Below are positions 49,201-61,900 of a stretch of DNA of 64,000 nucleotides, piece by piece. The notes beneath the pieces are model-generated. The model saw nothing but the letters and a program-made list of their open reading frames with translations. It had not been told where the DNA came from and made no database searches. Position numbers and translations under genes: made by a program. Every line of letters begins with the position of its first letter. Position 1 is the first letter of the stretch. Origin of the DNA: Ptychomitrium polyphyllum (Eukaryota); assembly GCA_973851085.1 (NCBI GenBank), contig OZ316775.1:10664001-10728000 (forward strand), given 5' to 3'.

Positions 49201-51685
49201 CTATTATAATGTTTGCACTAATGTCCAAAGATCCTGTTTTGTGTCATTTTGAAACAGGTTGTGATATCTGAATGAGTGAATGTGTGTCATACCCCACAAC
49301 AGTTTCATGGTTTGTTCATATCCAAATAATATCAAAACAGCATAGAAAAGGCATAAAATTTAAACATTTTGAAAACAATTCATTTTGAGTTAAAATGATG
49401 TCATTTTGACACCAAATTATCATAGATTAAAATGATGCTATAATAACATGTGATGTTGTGTCATTATGTAGTCATTTGATGCCATTATGATATGTATCAT
49501 TTTGACATTATTTTAACTTATGACATTGTGATGTAAAAATGACACTGATATGATAAGGTGCCTGTTGATGTCATTGTGACATCACAATTATTGTCTCCAA
49601 GTTTAGTTATGAACCTGTGCCTGGTACAGATCAACTTCAATGGGTGCTCATGGCAAATCAATAAAAGAAATCTGGTGGCAAAATCTAGCCTTGTGCCAAA
49701 GAATGTTATCTGTGAGCCTTTAGATTGAATCAACTGGAGCAACCCATGTCATTTTGGACAGCTTGAATCAGCCTTGAAGAAAGTTGTCCTTTCATGCTAT
49801 TGAGAAAGGCTTCCACACAATCAGTAGATCCCACTCAAGTTCTGTGTAGTGTGCACACTGAACCTACCCAATTCTTCCATTCATCACATTCTATCACATT
49901 TAGTTCCTGTATACATTCTAAAAACAGTGTTCTCACATGATTCTGGTGAGAATTTTGATAGCTGATCAGCAGCCCACAATGCACATCAAGTGCAGAATTT
50001 GATAGCAGATTCAGAGTCAGAATATGTGCTATCCATTAAAATTGGTAAATAAAGACAATCCATGCACAGCAGCTGGTGCCTGGCCCTGTTTGCGTAATTA
50101 CTGTAGCACTTAAGTTAGACATAAGGGTGTTAACTTTATGATGATTTTCGTTCTCCAAAGTAACAGTTGCATACAGGAAAATGTTGCTGAGGATTAATGT
50201 AAGTAATCAAACTGTGATATTAGTAAAGTTATTTGTAAAGTTACCTCGCTTCTCAAACACAGTGATCACAGTGATCTCACTTCCTTCTTCATATAAATTC
50301 ATGTTTTTTAAGTTTATAATTGAAACACATACTTTACAGTCATAAAGTTTCTTTGGCACCCATATCCATCCATGGATGTTAGGTCACTCTTCTATTTTTG
50401 AAAGTATAAACAGCAAGTTCTAAATAACTCTACTATAATTTCATGGTTTTTTCATACAAACTGCTGTCCTGCTACACCAAGTTAAAGTATCACTTTGCAC
50501 AGGTGGCCAGGAAATGATGAACTATCATGATGGCTGAACCTGACAGAAAGCAATAGTATAAAATAATTATCGTCTTAGCCTGTCAGGAATGGACCATCTT
50601 TTGGAGTTTGATTTAGCTTGTTAAGTCACACCAATAGAACAATTTATTTTCAGTTTTAACCAATCGTGAGAAAATGGACACTTTGTTAGGGCCATGCTAC
50701 AAGAGAGGAATTTCATTTTGAGGACTTACAAGCACTACTGTTACAAATATTGAAGTACATTATACCAGATCATCCTATCTTAGTGTTATGTAAAATTGAA
50801 AGCAACACTCAAAGCCAAAGTCAAAGCAAAATTCAAAAATGTTGTTTAATGGCATTGATGCCATTCCCTTCTATATTTCACTTCCACTTGTGTGGTAACT
50901 ACTTTTTGGGTAAATTCATGAAAGATATCCATTTCAAAAGATTTTTTTTTTATCTAATAAATTCGTTATTCATTCCCCAAGTAGCAGGCTACCACCAATG
51001 TACCTATCTTCTAACTTACTATCATCAAGACAATGGAGTACTTTTTAATCTCATCTTAAAAAAACTGAATGACTCAACCAAGATACTTACATCAAAATAC
51101 GTGTATCATTATAGCATTAAGAGATGTGCTCCAACAATAAACAAAAATTGAAAATACTACAAAAGGACTCAATTTACAAATACCTCTGTCATATTCAGAA
51201 AATGAAAATGAATTATCCAGTGTGGCAATGGAAATAGAGTATTCCACATCATACCAATTACATCAACGAGAAGTTTCAATTGCACTCCTGTAGCAAATAC
51301 TCTGCAGTACCTACAACCTAGCGTAACCTAACTTACTAGATAAGTACTGTCCTCACTACTTTAGTGCAACTAGTTTACTTAACAAGGTTATAAGTCATAA
51401 GTCTTTTTCTTATGAAAGGACACCGTATTGGCACAGGTGGGAAATGATGCAGCGTTTCCTAGGGGAACGCAAGATGGGGAGAGTTGGAAGGGGAGGGAGT
51501 GATGATTGGCGGCGCTGGCAACGAGGAGCATGGTGCCAGTTCTCTGGTGCAACGGTGCTTACAGTCCTTGAGCAGTATTTAAATTTCACTTAGCCCTAAT
51601 CACCTTGAGAACTGAGCCTAACTGCAAACAGCCTTTGGCTACGCTACTATGGTAACCTTCTGTTACTTGATTTTCCACCTGCCAT
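46224..51685 (-). CDS. Putative multi-exon gene or pseudogene of uncertain product (weak resemblance to dynein I1 subunit IC97/CASC1)
   Basis: Candidate first exon 51685-51657 MAGGKSSNRR then GT. Minus-strand GTAA donors near 50243, 48866 and 48784. Exon 47080-46849 (LPDPEVL..YYTCGYFEFELICIEPPIAESRELGMI..) joins in frame to a last exon 46432-46224 (VSLKRTTELPLYIP..CIQTVHVSP..*). The middle exons could not be resolved into one frame. Confidence 0.35.
48232..48360. repeat. Long inverted repeat / hairpin
   Basis: taagtactatgtctgatttattcataagc (48256-48284) pairs with gcttatgaataaatcagacataatactta (48308-48336) at 28 of 29 positions. Outer arms agctttacaagtagtt and aactacttataaagct pair at 15 of 16. 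Confidence 0.92.
48705..48776. repeat. 21-bp tandem repeat (CAGAAAGTATTTCCTGAGTGC) x ~3.4
   Basis: Three full copies (one substitution in the third) plus a 9-nt partial copy. Confidence 0.93.
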
Positions 51686-54600
51686 GATGCCACTGTCACC
51701 GAGTGAAAACTCCTGAAGAACTCCACCCTTGTACAGTCTAACCTCATTAATACGATAAATTATAGGACAACCTCTTCTATACAACACATTTTGTGTGACT
51801 AATTTACCTAGTTCAAAACTTCCTCCATAATACAACTATGATCCAATGTAATACAACAATTAAGATCTCCCCATTTGTCATATAATAGAGGTATTTTAAT
51901 GCTTAATATGAATGAATTTCATCTTAAAATGATGAATATTTGAAAAAATATATGGTTCTTCATTTCTTTATAATTGAAGACCTTACAAGAACTTCCAAAG
52001 TCCAAGATTAGAAAATGACACCTAAGGTATGTTTGACGGCTAGGACTTGTATAGAAGCCAAGGTTGATTATCATTAGCATGCTTAATATTATAATACTTA
52101 ATAGGCTTAAAGTATATTTTCAATATTTTATAACCATTGTAATCTATGCTTATTTTAGTCGAATTTTAAAAACTTCAATATTACAACATCAAATGCTCTA
52201 AACATCATATAATCAAAACTACAACATTTTGATTATATGACTATTTTCTTGTTCCCAAATTTATAAGAGAAACAACTCAACAATTTATAATACAAAGAGA
52301 GCCCTTGCTCTCCTACTTTGAGTGTTTAGGTCAAACGGCTACAATGTAAATGGAAAAAACAATTCAATTATGACAACTCCTTAAAAAATATTTTAAAAAT
52401 CACCTAAAAACCATTCTGATATGCCAGTATTAAAAAATTTGACCATTTATTTATGCAAGCAAAAAAATAAAAATTTGTTGCACATTAATCAATTATAGGT
52501 TTTTAAAAATTATAGAAGAGTTTGGGAGGATCACCCTCAAGATAGCTAAACTTGTAATCCCAATTTTAAAGGAAATGAGCATGATTACTATCAATGACCC
52601 ACAAACACAATCCTTCATGTATTTACGTTACATAACATGCATTAATGCCTAATTTAATTTCAATATAGCTTGGTTTATGAGTAATACAATTGATTTTTCT
52701 TTTTAAGAATATGAAATTGACTTATTATTTCATTTATTTTCATCTTATTTGCAATTTTAATTAAAATGCATGCATCAATACAAGGATCTTTAACTACTTA
52801 TTCAAATTTATAGTTGAAAAAGGTATCCATCTAAAGAAATTTGATATTTAAAAATCCAATAAGCTAAGCAATATGAAAGATTTTAGAAAGTAATGTTGTT
52901 GATAGTTTCAATAGCTCATTAGTGTTGCAATTCTTAATTCTTTCAAATGTGCTTTACAGCTTTAAAATGCATCTACTGAGGTTCTATTTTATTCATTGAA
53001 ATTCTATATTGTTAATTTGCTTTTAACTAATAAAACATAGTTTTCAAAGCATAGTTGCTACTTGATCCAAATCTTTTGCTTTAATAAAGTAAATATTCCA
53101 TCAATGCGGAAATGACATAATATTGTTTTTTCTAAATTGACATAATATTATATTTATATCAATCTAATTCAAAGAGTTAATTTGAAATCTAGATTGTTTT
53201 CAATTTCAGAAAAGAATTATAATGCCTGTCTTAATGTGAATTTATACTATTTTTATTTTACAATTGATTACATAAGTTTATATAGTTTTAAAAAAATTTG
53301 AAATATATTAATAATATTAATGAGGATTTTCTACATAATTTTTTAAATACACATTTAGGTAGATATGTATCAATTACCAAGTTATTTATTAGATACTATA
53401 ACAATATGTTTGAACTCTAGTTATTATTTCTTAAAACTTCTTTTAGTTTATGGTGTTTTTCATTTCAACACCACGAACATTTGGATAGTTGTAATGAAAG
53501 TGAAACTTTTTAAATACAACCTTATGATTTGTACTCTTTAGATTGTCTTATTTCTTGGATTTTGAAGGTGATTTAAATTAAAAAATTACCTTGTTGGTTG
53601 AAATCTAAGTTAATACACATGTAAAGTTGGTGAATTCAGAAAGTCTAAAAAATGAAATAATATAGTACTTGTTCATTTTTTGTTTTTTTTAAACCAATTT
53701 ACTTAACCTTTGTCTATAATTTTGGTAAATTAATCAAATTTTGGTATCCCAATCAATAGTTTGAAACCTAAATCATAAAGTTCAACTTGTATTTTCCATT
53801 TTATGTAATCAAGTGAATTTTTGTATATCTTTTTCTTCTTTGAAATAAAAATCAAAGTTGTGACAGTTATTGAATTTGACAAAAAATAATCTATAGGAGT
53901 ATAAAAATGGACTTAGAATGTACTGATCTTCAAATAGAATAATTATGAAAAGACATTTATAGAAAAAGAATGTTGAAGTATTAATGTAGTTCCTTGTACC
54001 AAAATAAAAATCTTACATTCTTTCAAAATCTTTCAAACACACATATTTTAAAATCTAGACATTTATATTTTATCATTGAATCATAAGTAGATCTATTCAA
54101 TTCACCTTCAAATATTTAATTAGTAATATTCCAATATGGTTCTTTTGTTATGTGTAGCTTGACTTCATCTACGATATCATACATTCATGAATTTTGGCAT
54201 GTGTTTTAAACCAAATATTTTAAAAAGTCAAATTTACCATATTCATTGTAAATCTTCTTTAAATGAGTTATATTAAGATAAACGAAGAAGTAAATGATTG
54301 TTCTAGAAGAAATATTCAAAAGTATTATGAAGGAGAAAAAACAAGATTTCAACCAAATCCAAATGCCTCATCAATGTCTTTTGGCTAATGGTACTGATGC
54401 CCAAAATTTTAAGCCATGATTTAAATAGAATTGGAGCATCTCCTATGAATTCCATGGTTTGAAATTTATCAAAAAACTTTAGTTTTATGAAATTCCAAAT
54501 TAACATTAAATTACACAAACATTCAAAAAATAAGATCTATAAATACATGTTTCAATATATACTTGAATTTGTTCTGATTTTTGGATTGAAAGATAAGATG

Positions 54601-55929
54601 ATTTTTTTTTTAAAAAATGGTAGGTAGCTTAAGTTAATGCTACACCACAATACTATTCATTAATAAATTTGAAAAAAATAAGTTTGATGTCAATTAACAT
54701 TAAAAAACAATCTATGATTTTTATGGTACTTTATTGTCCTTTTGACATCATATTAATTCAAAAGATATTCATTTCATTTCAATAACATTTAGATTCATAT
54801 CCTTCTCATATTATTTGATGTTATTGCAATGCCATTCTAACATTTGTCAATTTAGTATAATTTTGATATCACTTTCATGTGAATATGACACAAAATGAAT
54901 GTGGATTATGATATACACTCATCTTGATATTATACTTCATGTTAAAATGATACAAACCATATTTTAAATGTTTTTTTCACTTAGAAGATGCATTGGAAGA
55001 TAACTCTCTTTTAAAACTTAAAGAATCAAATTTGGAAGAAATATCTTTCTTATAAAAATAGATGTAACTAACAAAGTAACCTTGATTTGTACATAATGCT
55101 TCCACATATTCTAAAGATTAGTGCTTTTGGTGAAAATTTTGCTGAACAAAAGTTAGGCCTGAACGTTCAATAAGAACCACGTAATAGAAGCTTGGAACTG
55201 AGTCCATTAAAATTCTTCATCATTGAAAGAGGATTTGTAATTGTACAAATGTAAAAAAACTCCACGTCCTTGCACTTAAGAATGTAGCTTCCTATTTTTG
55301 ATGGCAGTATATATTTTACTACCATCTTTATAAATATTTCAAAAATCTAAAAATTTATTATCCGTATATTAACTTGTAGAAATAAAATAATAATAATTTG
55401 GTTTATAATTTATATGTATATGACTTATAACTTGTAGAAGTACAAAGACTTTTTGAATATTTCATAATGTACTATTATTTTATTTTTTAACAAAGATAAT
55501 AGATAATTCATATTACTCCATATATGTTTGGTAGGAATAACCAAATAATATATATTTGTCATGTGGAATAACTTATAAGCTTGATCCTTAGATATAAATT
55601 AAAACCTAATGGATTGATAAGAAACAAACTTTTGATTCATATTAGTTTCAACAAGATATATCTAATCAAAATAAAATAAAATAGAAATTGTTAATATTTT
55701 GTTCATAAATTATCTTAGAATGAAACTTGAACATTAAGTTCTAAAACTTAAGGAAAAACATAAGTGATATCTAATCATATAAATATAAACTTTAATCTAA
55801 ACACTACAACTTTAGTTTGCACATGAGTTCCAAATTATTTTTTCAAGTAGTGTTTTATAGTGGATCTCTATAAATCTTCAAAAACATGAGATGAGTGGGT
55901 TCCTTTTAAAGGGTTAAAATGTTTGAATT

Positions 55930-58900
55930 TGTAAAGGTGAGTTTGCAAAGGGATGATCTCATGTGATAGGCAACTTGAGAGGAGCTTGCTGCTTTACCAT
56001 TGACTAGCTGGCTGTTACCAGCACGGACCATATCCTAACAGATGATGACAGCCAGCTCAGTTGCTCAAGCTGTGATTGAATTACAGTGGCCCTGCTCTTG
56101 CTTTCTGTATCCAATGATGCTATTCATTTGCAATTGATTCATTTCTCTCAGTCCATGGTCCACTGTAGTCCATCATGAGTTAGTAAGATCCATGGCAACT
56201 CTGAGAAGATCCCCTCTTCAAGACAGTTCATGCAAGCTGTTTATGTGAATCAATAATTCCAGGTGGATTCATCATTTCCATGCATGGAGTCATCCATAAG
56301 CAACAGTCCACTGTCCACATCAGGGGCTCAATATGAACACCAACCTGGATTAGGAATCACATTATTTCGGCTTCCGTTGTATCCTACCTGGAATAAGATG
56401 ATTACCTTATGCAACGTCTTGGCCATAGAACCAACTGTGGTGATTGCATGCACTACTGATTCCGGTTCACTGAATTTCCAAATTCGGAGATACTGGTGGC
56501 CTGGCACCTGAATCTAACAATGCCCAAGGACAAGGCTACCCTTTTGAGATTGATCACCACTGCAACCACAAACTGCCTCATTCAATATATGAGCACCCTT
56601 GCAGCTATCCAGAGTCTATTAGACTTTCAGCGAATGCTTTAAGTATTTCATAGCTGGCAATTAGAGGATTCTGCCAACCTTTCAAGACTCTACAGACATG
56701 CAGTGGCCCAGTGGCTAAGGCCAACTTCCAAGGCTGTAAAGTCAATGAAGCTGCCTCTTCATGTGTATCATTCATCATCAAGTCATAGATTTGAAATGTA
56801 TTTCATTGCCACGCCTAGACTATTCAAGTAGTATATTTCTACTCAGTTATTGATGCTTTTGGGATGTGCTTGGAGGATTCCATGGTTGAGTGAAAGTCAT
56901 CAGTAAACTTGGTGACAAAAGTTGTTTTATCAAAATGATTGCAAAATATGAAATCAAAATGCCATTCTGATAACATTGTAGCATTAAAACAATACAAAGT
57001 GTCATTTAACCTTTGCTTATTTGATGTTGAGTTTATCTAATATAATTTATATGGTTTTAGTTATTTTAATGTCATCCTTGGCTATATCATATTGGTGTAA
57101 TTTTGAAGTCAAGATGACGTGAAACAAATGTGGAATATGGCACTTATTATTCATTTGAATATCATATTCCACATCAAACAAACATATAAAAAGAAGCTTA
57201 GAGACTTTTTCATGGTGAAACTTAGACTTAAGCTTGTGATATTTAACTATTCAAATAAACTACTACCAAATAAAAAAGGATTTTGATTGTTATTTATTGA
57301 ATATCATATTAGTTGTAATTTTTAAATTAACACAAAAATCCTAAAAGAAGAGTAATCTTAGCTGATTATATGTAATGAGTTTATCTTCAATTGCAAAATA
57401 AGAAAGAAAGATGAACTTCCATCCTTCAAGCTTGTACATATATAAAGGTTCATCATTTGTGGCACCTCTCCACTTTTGCTTCATGGATTTTATTATATTA
57501 TCTCATTGTTATTGTTCCTTCTTGTTTTTTAACTCCCATGCTTTATTTTTTATTAAGAAAAGGAATTACCTGGTATGATAGTTAGATTACATTGAGATAC
57601 AATGAACAATTTAGAAATGAAGTGAATATTAAAGTCAATGAACGGTTGGAATTAGAATTGGAGGTTGTCTTGATTTTAAAAAGAAAGGCTATTAAGCTCT
57701 AAAATTTTAATTTTGCAACCATTTAATGTGGAGTGAGGACCATGTTATAAATAATGTGGTGTGATTTCAAAAAAACACGTGGTTTTTTAATTGAAGTATC
57801 TTTGTAGTATTTACAAATGTATCCAATATGTAAAATATTACTCAATCAACCTTCTTTATTATTCACTTATCCCTCTATACCATATATTAAACCTTCACTT
57901 CTTTATTTGTCTCTTAATTTGACCGTACTACCTTTATCTTATTGTCATTCTCAATTATAATAAGTGCGTGTGTTTTAAAATTTATTAAAAGCCTATAAGA
58001 TAAATTTTATGGTAATACAACCTTTGAATATCCATTCAGAGTACATATAAATGTATTCTTGTAGATAACTCTCTTGCATCAATTGTGTTTTGAATCTTGT
58101 ACACTTCCACATTTTATAGATTGTATGGCCATTGAACACAATATTTATATATATATAAATTATTTCTTAAAGTTACTTTAACAGTCACAAGTTGTAGAAG
58201 GCTCTCTTCCACTTTTAAAATCTTCAAAAAATTCAAATATTTCCAAAAAAAATCACCACCACAATGTCCGCTTAGAGTACATATAAATGTTTCAAACCAT
58301 CATTGAGCTACTCCTCAATTTCAATGTTATTGACATATATTAGAATCTTCAAGAAGAACCAAGAAAGTCTAAGAAGGTCTATGAAGACTCCTAAAAGGTC
58401 TGATAAGGTTCTTAGAATGTATAGGCATCTCCAAGAAGTTGTTGAAGAAGCTACTTTGGTTTAAAAATGTTCCAACAAGTTAAAAGAGCATCCAAAGAAG
58501 CTGCTGGAAGTTGTTCCAATGCAAAGCATTGTATTAGGAACCTCTTGAGTAATTTCTAAAGAATTTTTTATTTATAGTATAGAAGAGTTGAAAGTGAAAG
58601 AATCTTTAGTCTTATTAACACATATCTTGTAATTTAGCTCAAACCTTTTGGCTTTGTACTTTATTGTGATCCTTGGTTCTTAATATGAAGTCCTATTATT
58701 CTACCCTTTTTATTTAAATCCTCGTCTTATATTTCCATCCATAATACCTAGATTCAATTTGCTTCTTCAACCAATAGAAAACCATTGAAGAAGGTCTTAT
58801 GGAAGTTTTCTCGGCAACTAAGCTCAACTTGCCAAAAGTCTTGTCCAATTTAATCATTACCCTAATCTTACATATGGTCATTCCTATTTCGTCATAATTC

Positions 58901-61900
58901 CAATTATTCCTTAAAACGTTATATTACAAATCAAATCTTAATCCAAAAATTAATTAATACAAGAATTTTAATAGAAATACACTGATATTCAACTACTTAC
59001 ATATTTAAAAGAATATAAACTTACAACAATGTCCATATTTTAATTGTAAATGGCCCACATCACAAAAAAGACACAGTAGAGAAAACACAAGGGAGGCTAG
59101 GAGGCAAAGGTCACAAGAAACACACCTTCCCAGAGGCACCTCAAAATCATTCTCCATCTCTTTTGAGAGGACCGCATGAGTGAAGTGCCTATTCATCCAT
59201 TATAAATGAGATACATTTATTGAGGCAGCAAAACAGAGAGGGTTTCCATTGCTGCAATGAAGCTTGCAACTTGGTCCAAAAGGTTTGAGCCATTCAATCT
59301 GACTGTGCCTCTACACCTAGACTGCAGTATCCAGAGCAGCAACTGGACAAATTCACCAGCAGGTTGTACAAGTGTGCAGTACACAAGTATAGCTGTAAAG
59401 GATTGCAAGAAGATCAGCTGCTTCAGAATCAGGTTCTGTAAGTAACTGCAATAGTAGAATGTATACAGTTGTACCTTGAACTTTATAAGCACAGAAACTA
59501 TGTCATGGTAGACAGCTGCCATAGTGTGAATTGTAGTAGTACTCTGTCCAACATAGTTCTCCATTGAAGTCTGATGGCTACTTGATTCCAAGCCACTTTA
59601 ATTTGATAAATGTGCATTTGGGTTCAAGGATTCCAAGCCACTGTGTAGTCAAGATTGATGGACAATACAGAAATGAAGGTTTTTTAGAAAGTTCTGTCCT
59701 TTAAACACAATCCAAAGCAACATGACACTCAAAAAGTCCTAGAAAATTCAGTAAGTAGTGTTGGAGCATACAATGTAAGAATATTAAGGTCACTTGAAAT
59801 GTTCTATCTACATTTAGGTTTTAGCCCTACTCAAATGCCATAGGTTTAGAGCTGAAAACCATTAAATGTAAAAGGAGCAAGATTTCCTGCTTTAAAAATC
59901 AAGAATTTAATTCACTGAATTAAAACATGCGTGAATTTGAAATTGTCTTGTACATAATACACTTGCAAGACCAACATGAAAGATGGTGATTGCATTAACT
60001 TACTACAACAATGCTTATGAAAGTTGCTCAATGATTACTGAGTTTGTAACTGTTTGCATGAAACAACAAGTTCTGATTAGCTTGTTTGGATTGCAAAAAC
60101 CTACCTACCTATTGCATAATAATTTCTATATTAATTGCTTATTGTTGCATTTGATGGCTCTAGTTGTCCATTGTGATTTTCATCCGTTCACAGTGGACAT
60201 TGGATGTAAATTTTGGTTTTTCTTTAAAAAAAATACTCACACTAATATTCTTATAAAAATTTGAAGATCAATAAAACAAAAATTAAAGTAATTTAATTAA
60301 AAAATACACTTTTTATGGTAGAAATTTCTCTAGAAGTTTACTAAGCATTATTTCAATAATTTATTAGAATTAACAAGAAATAAAACATTTAAGATAACCA
60401 ATGGATAGTCCAAAAAGAGCTTAGATAGGTCCATACAAAATCCTTCACTTTGCAAGGTATTTTTTTTTTAATGTGTGAAAAAATTGTACTGCACAAAACT
60501 TGATTCATAATATCCAAAAAAGATTGCAAAACATTTTTATAAATAAATTTTAGTTTTTTTTAGTATTTTATACTAGTAGGAATCTTGTACATTTGTGGAG
60601 GTGATTAGTATGCCTCAATTCTAAAATCACAAGAGATTTCATAAAACATATAAAAAAATTTAGATATAAATGCATAATTGCTAACTTTTAAGATAACAAT
60701 ATTTGTTATCATCTAATTATTATATTGTAGAATACAAATTATTAAAGCATATCAAAGTGAATAGTATTGTCATTAAGTTATTAGATTAAAAAATGTGAAC
60801 GTAAGATAATGGTTTTGTAAAAAATCCATTATAAGAAGTGTTTTACCAAATATACAAAACATTACACTAAATAAATACAATAAATTACAATAAATACCTC
60901 TAAAACCGTACTTAATGTGGACCAACTTACTTAATATAGTGTTTCGAATAAAAACACCGTAAACTTTTACTACAACTCTTTTTTAAAACCAAATAAAAGC
61001 ATTTGAATAGTGTGCAAGTTCTTTTATTATTTGATATTCAAATAGAAAAATCATATTTCTGATTATTTGTGTAATGATGTAAAAACGAAATTAAAAAACA
61101 TTATGGACAACAGTAAGGAATGTTTTTAGTGTAGTGCGTGTATTCGTCAACAACCATCACCTTCCTGCTAACATATGTGAGTCCTTTGAAAACTCACAAA
61201 AGGCGTGGAATGCTCAGTGAGTCCAGTTTGTTGACCGACCATTGACCTGAGACTAGAACCAAAATATGCAGTGCTGGAAGTGATTGAAAATATTCAACGA
61301 GACCCATTGAATCTAGTCCTTATGAGAATGAGTAGTTATTACAGCCGGCAGGCAACCGATCTGGTTTTGAAAGGGTACTGTGGTGACATGACACCATTCC
61401 AGTCAGTTTTATGAATGGTAGCATGGATCAGTCAGCAGGATATCCTTCTGCTGGATGACTTGTATTGAACACAACAACTAAAACACAACAGTCACTACTG
61501 TGGAATGTTCTAAATTCCACCCTAAGTTTGTGTGACCAAAATTTATCCCTTATTTTGTGGTTATGTGAGTTTCTCCTGAATAAGGAAAACCTCTCCCAGA
61601 TTACCCACTTTGTCAAAATGGGCCTCAATGATAATTTAGGACCGTGGGTCTAAAGTTTAACACAAAGTTTTACCAAAATCAGCACTTGAGGCTCCCATTG
61701 AGTAGGGCATTGAGCAAGTCTCCCATGGTTCATTATGAAAAAAACTACATGTGGAATTGGGAAAAAAGATTATATTATCTTTAATTGAAAAAATCAAATT
61801 TTAAACCAACTGATAGTAAACTTTGAATACCAAAGATTATTCTTTTGCTAATATGTGCTGGCTTGGTCTTATTATGTATCTACAAAATCAACTTCTAAGT

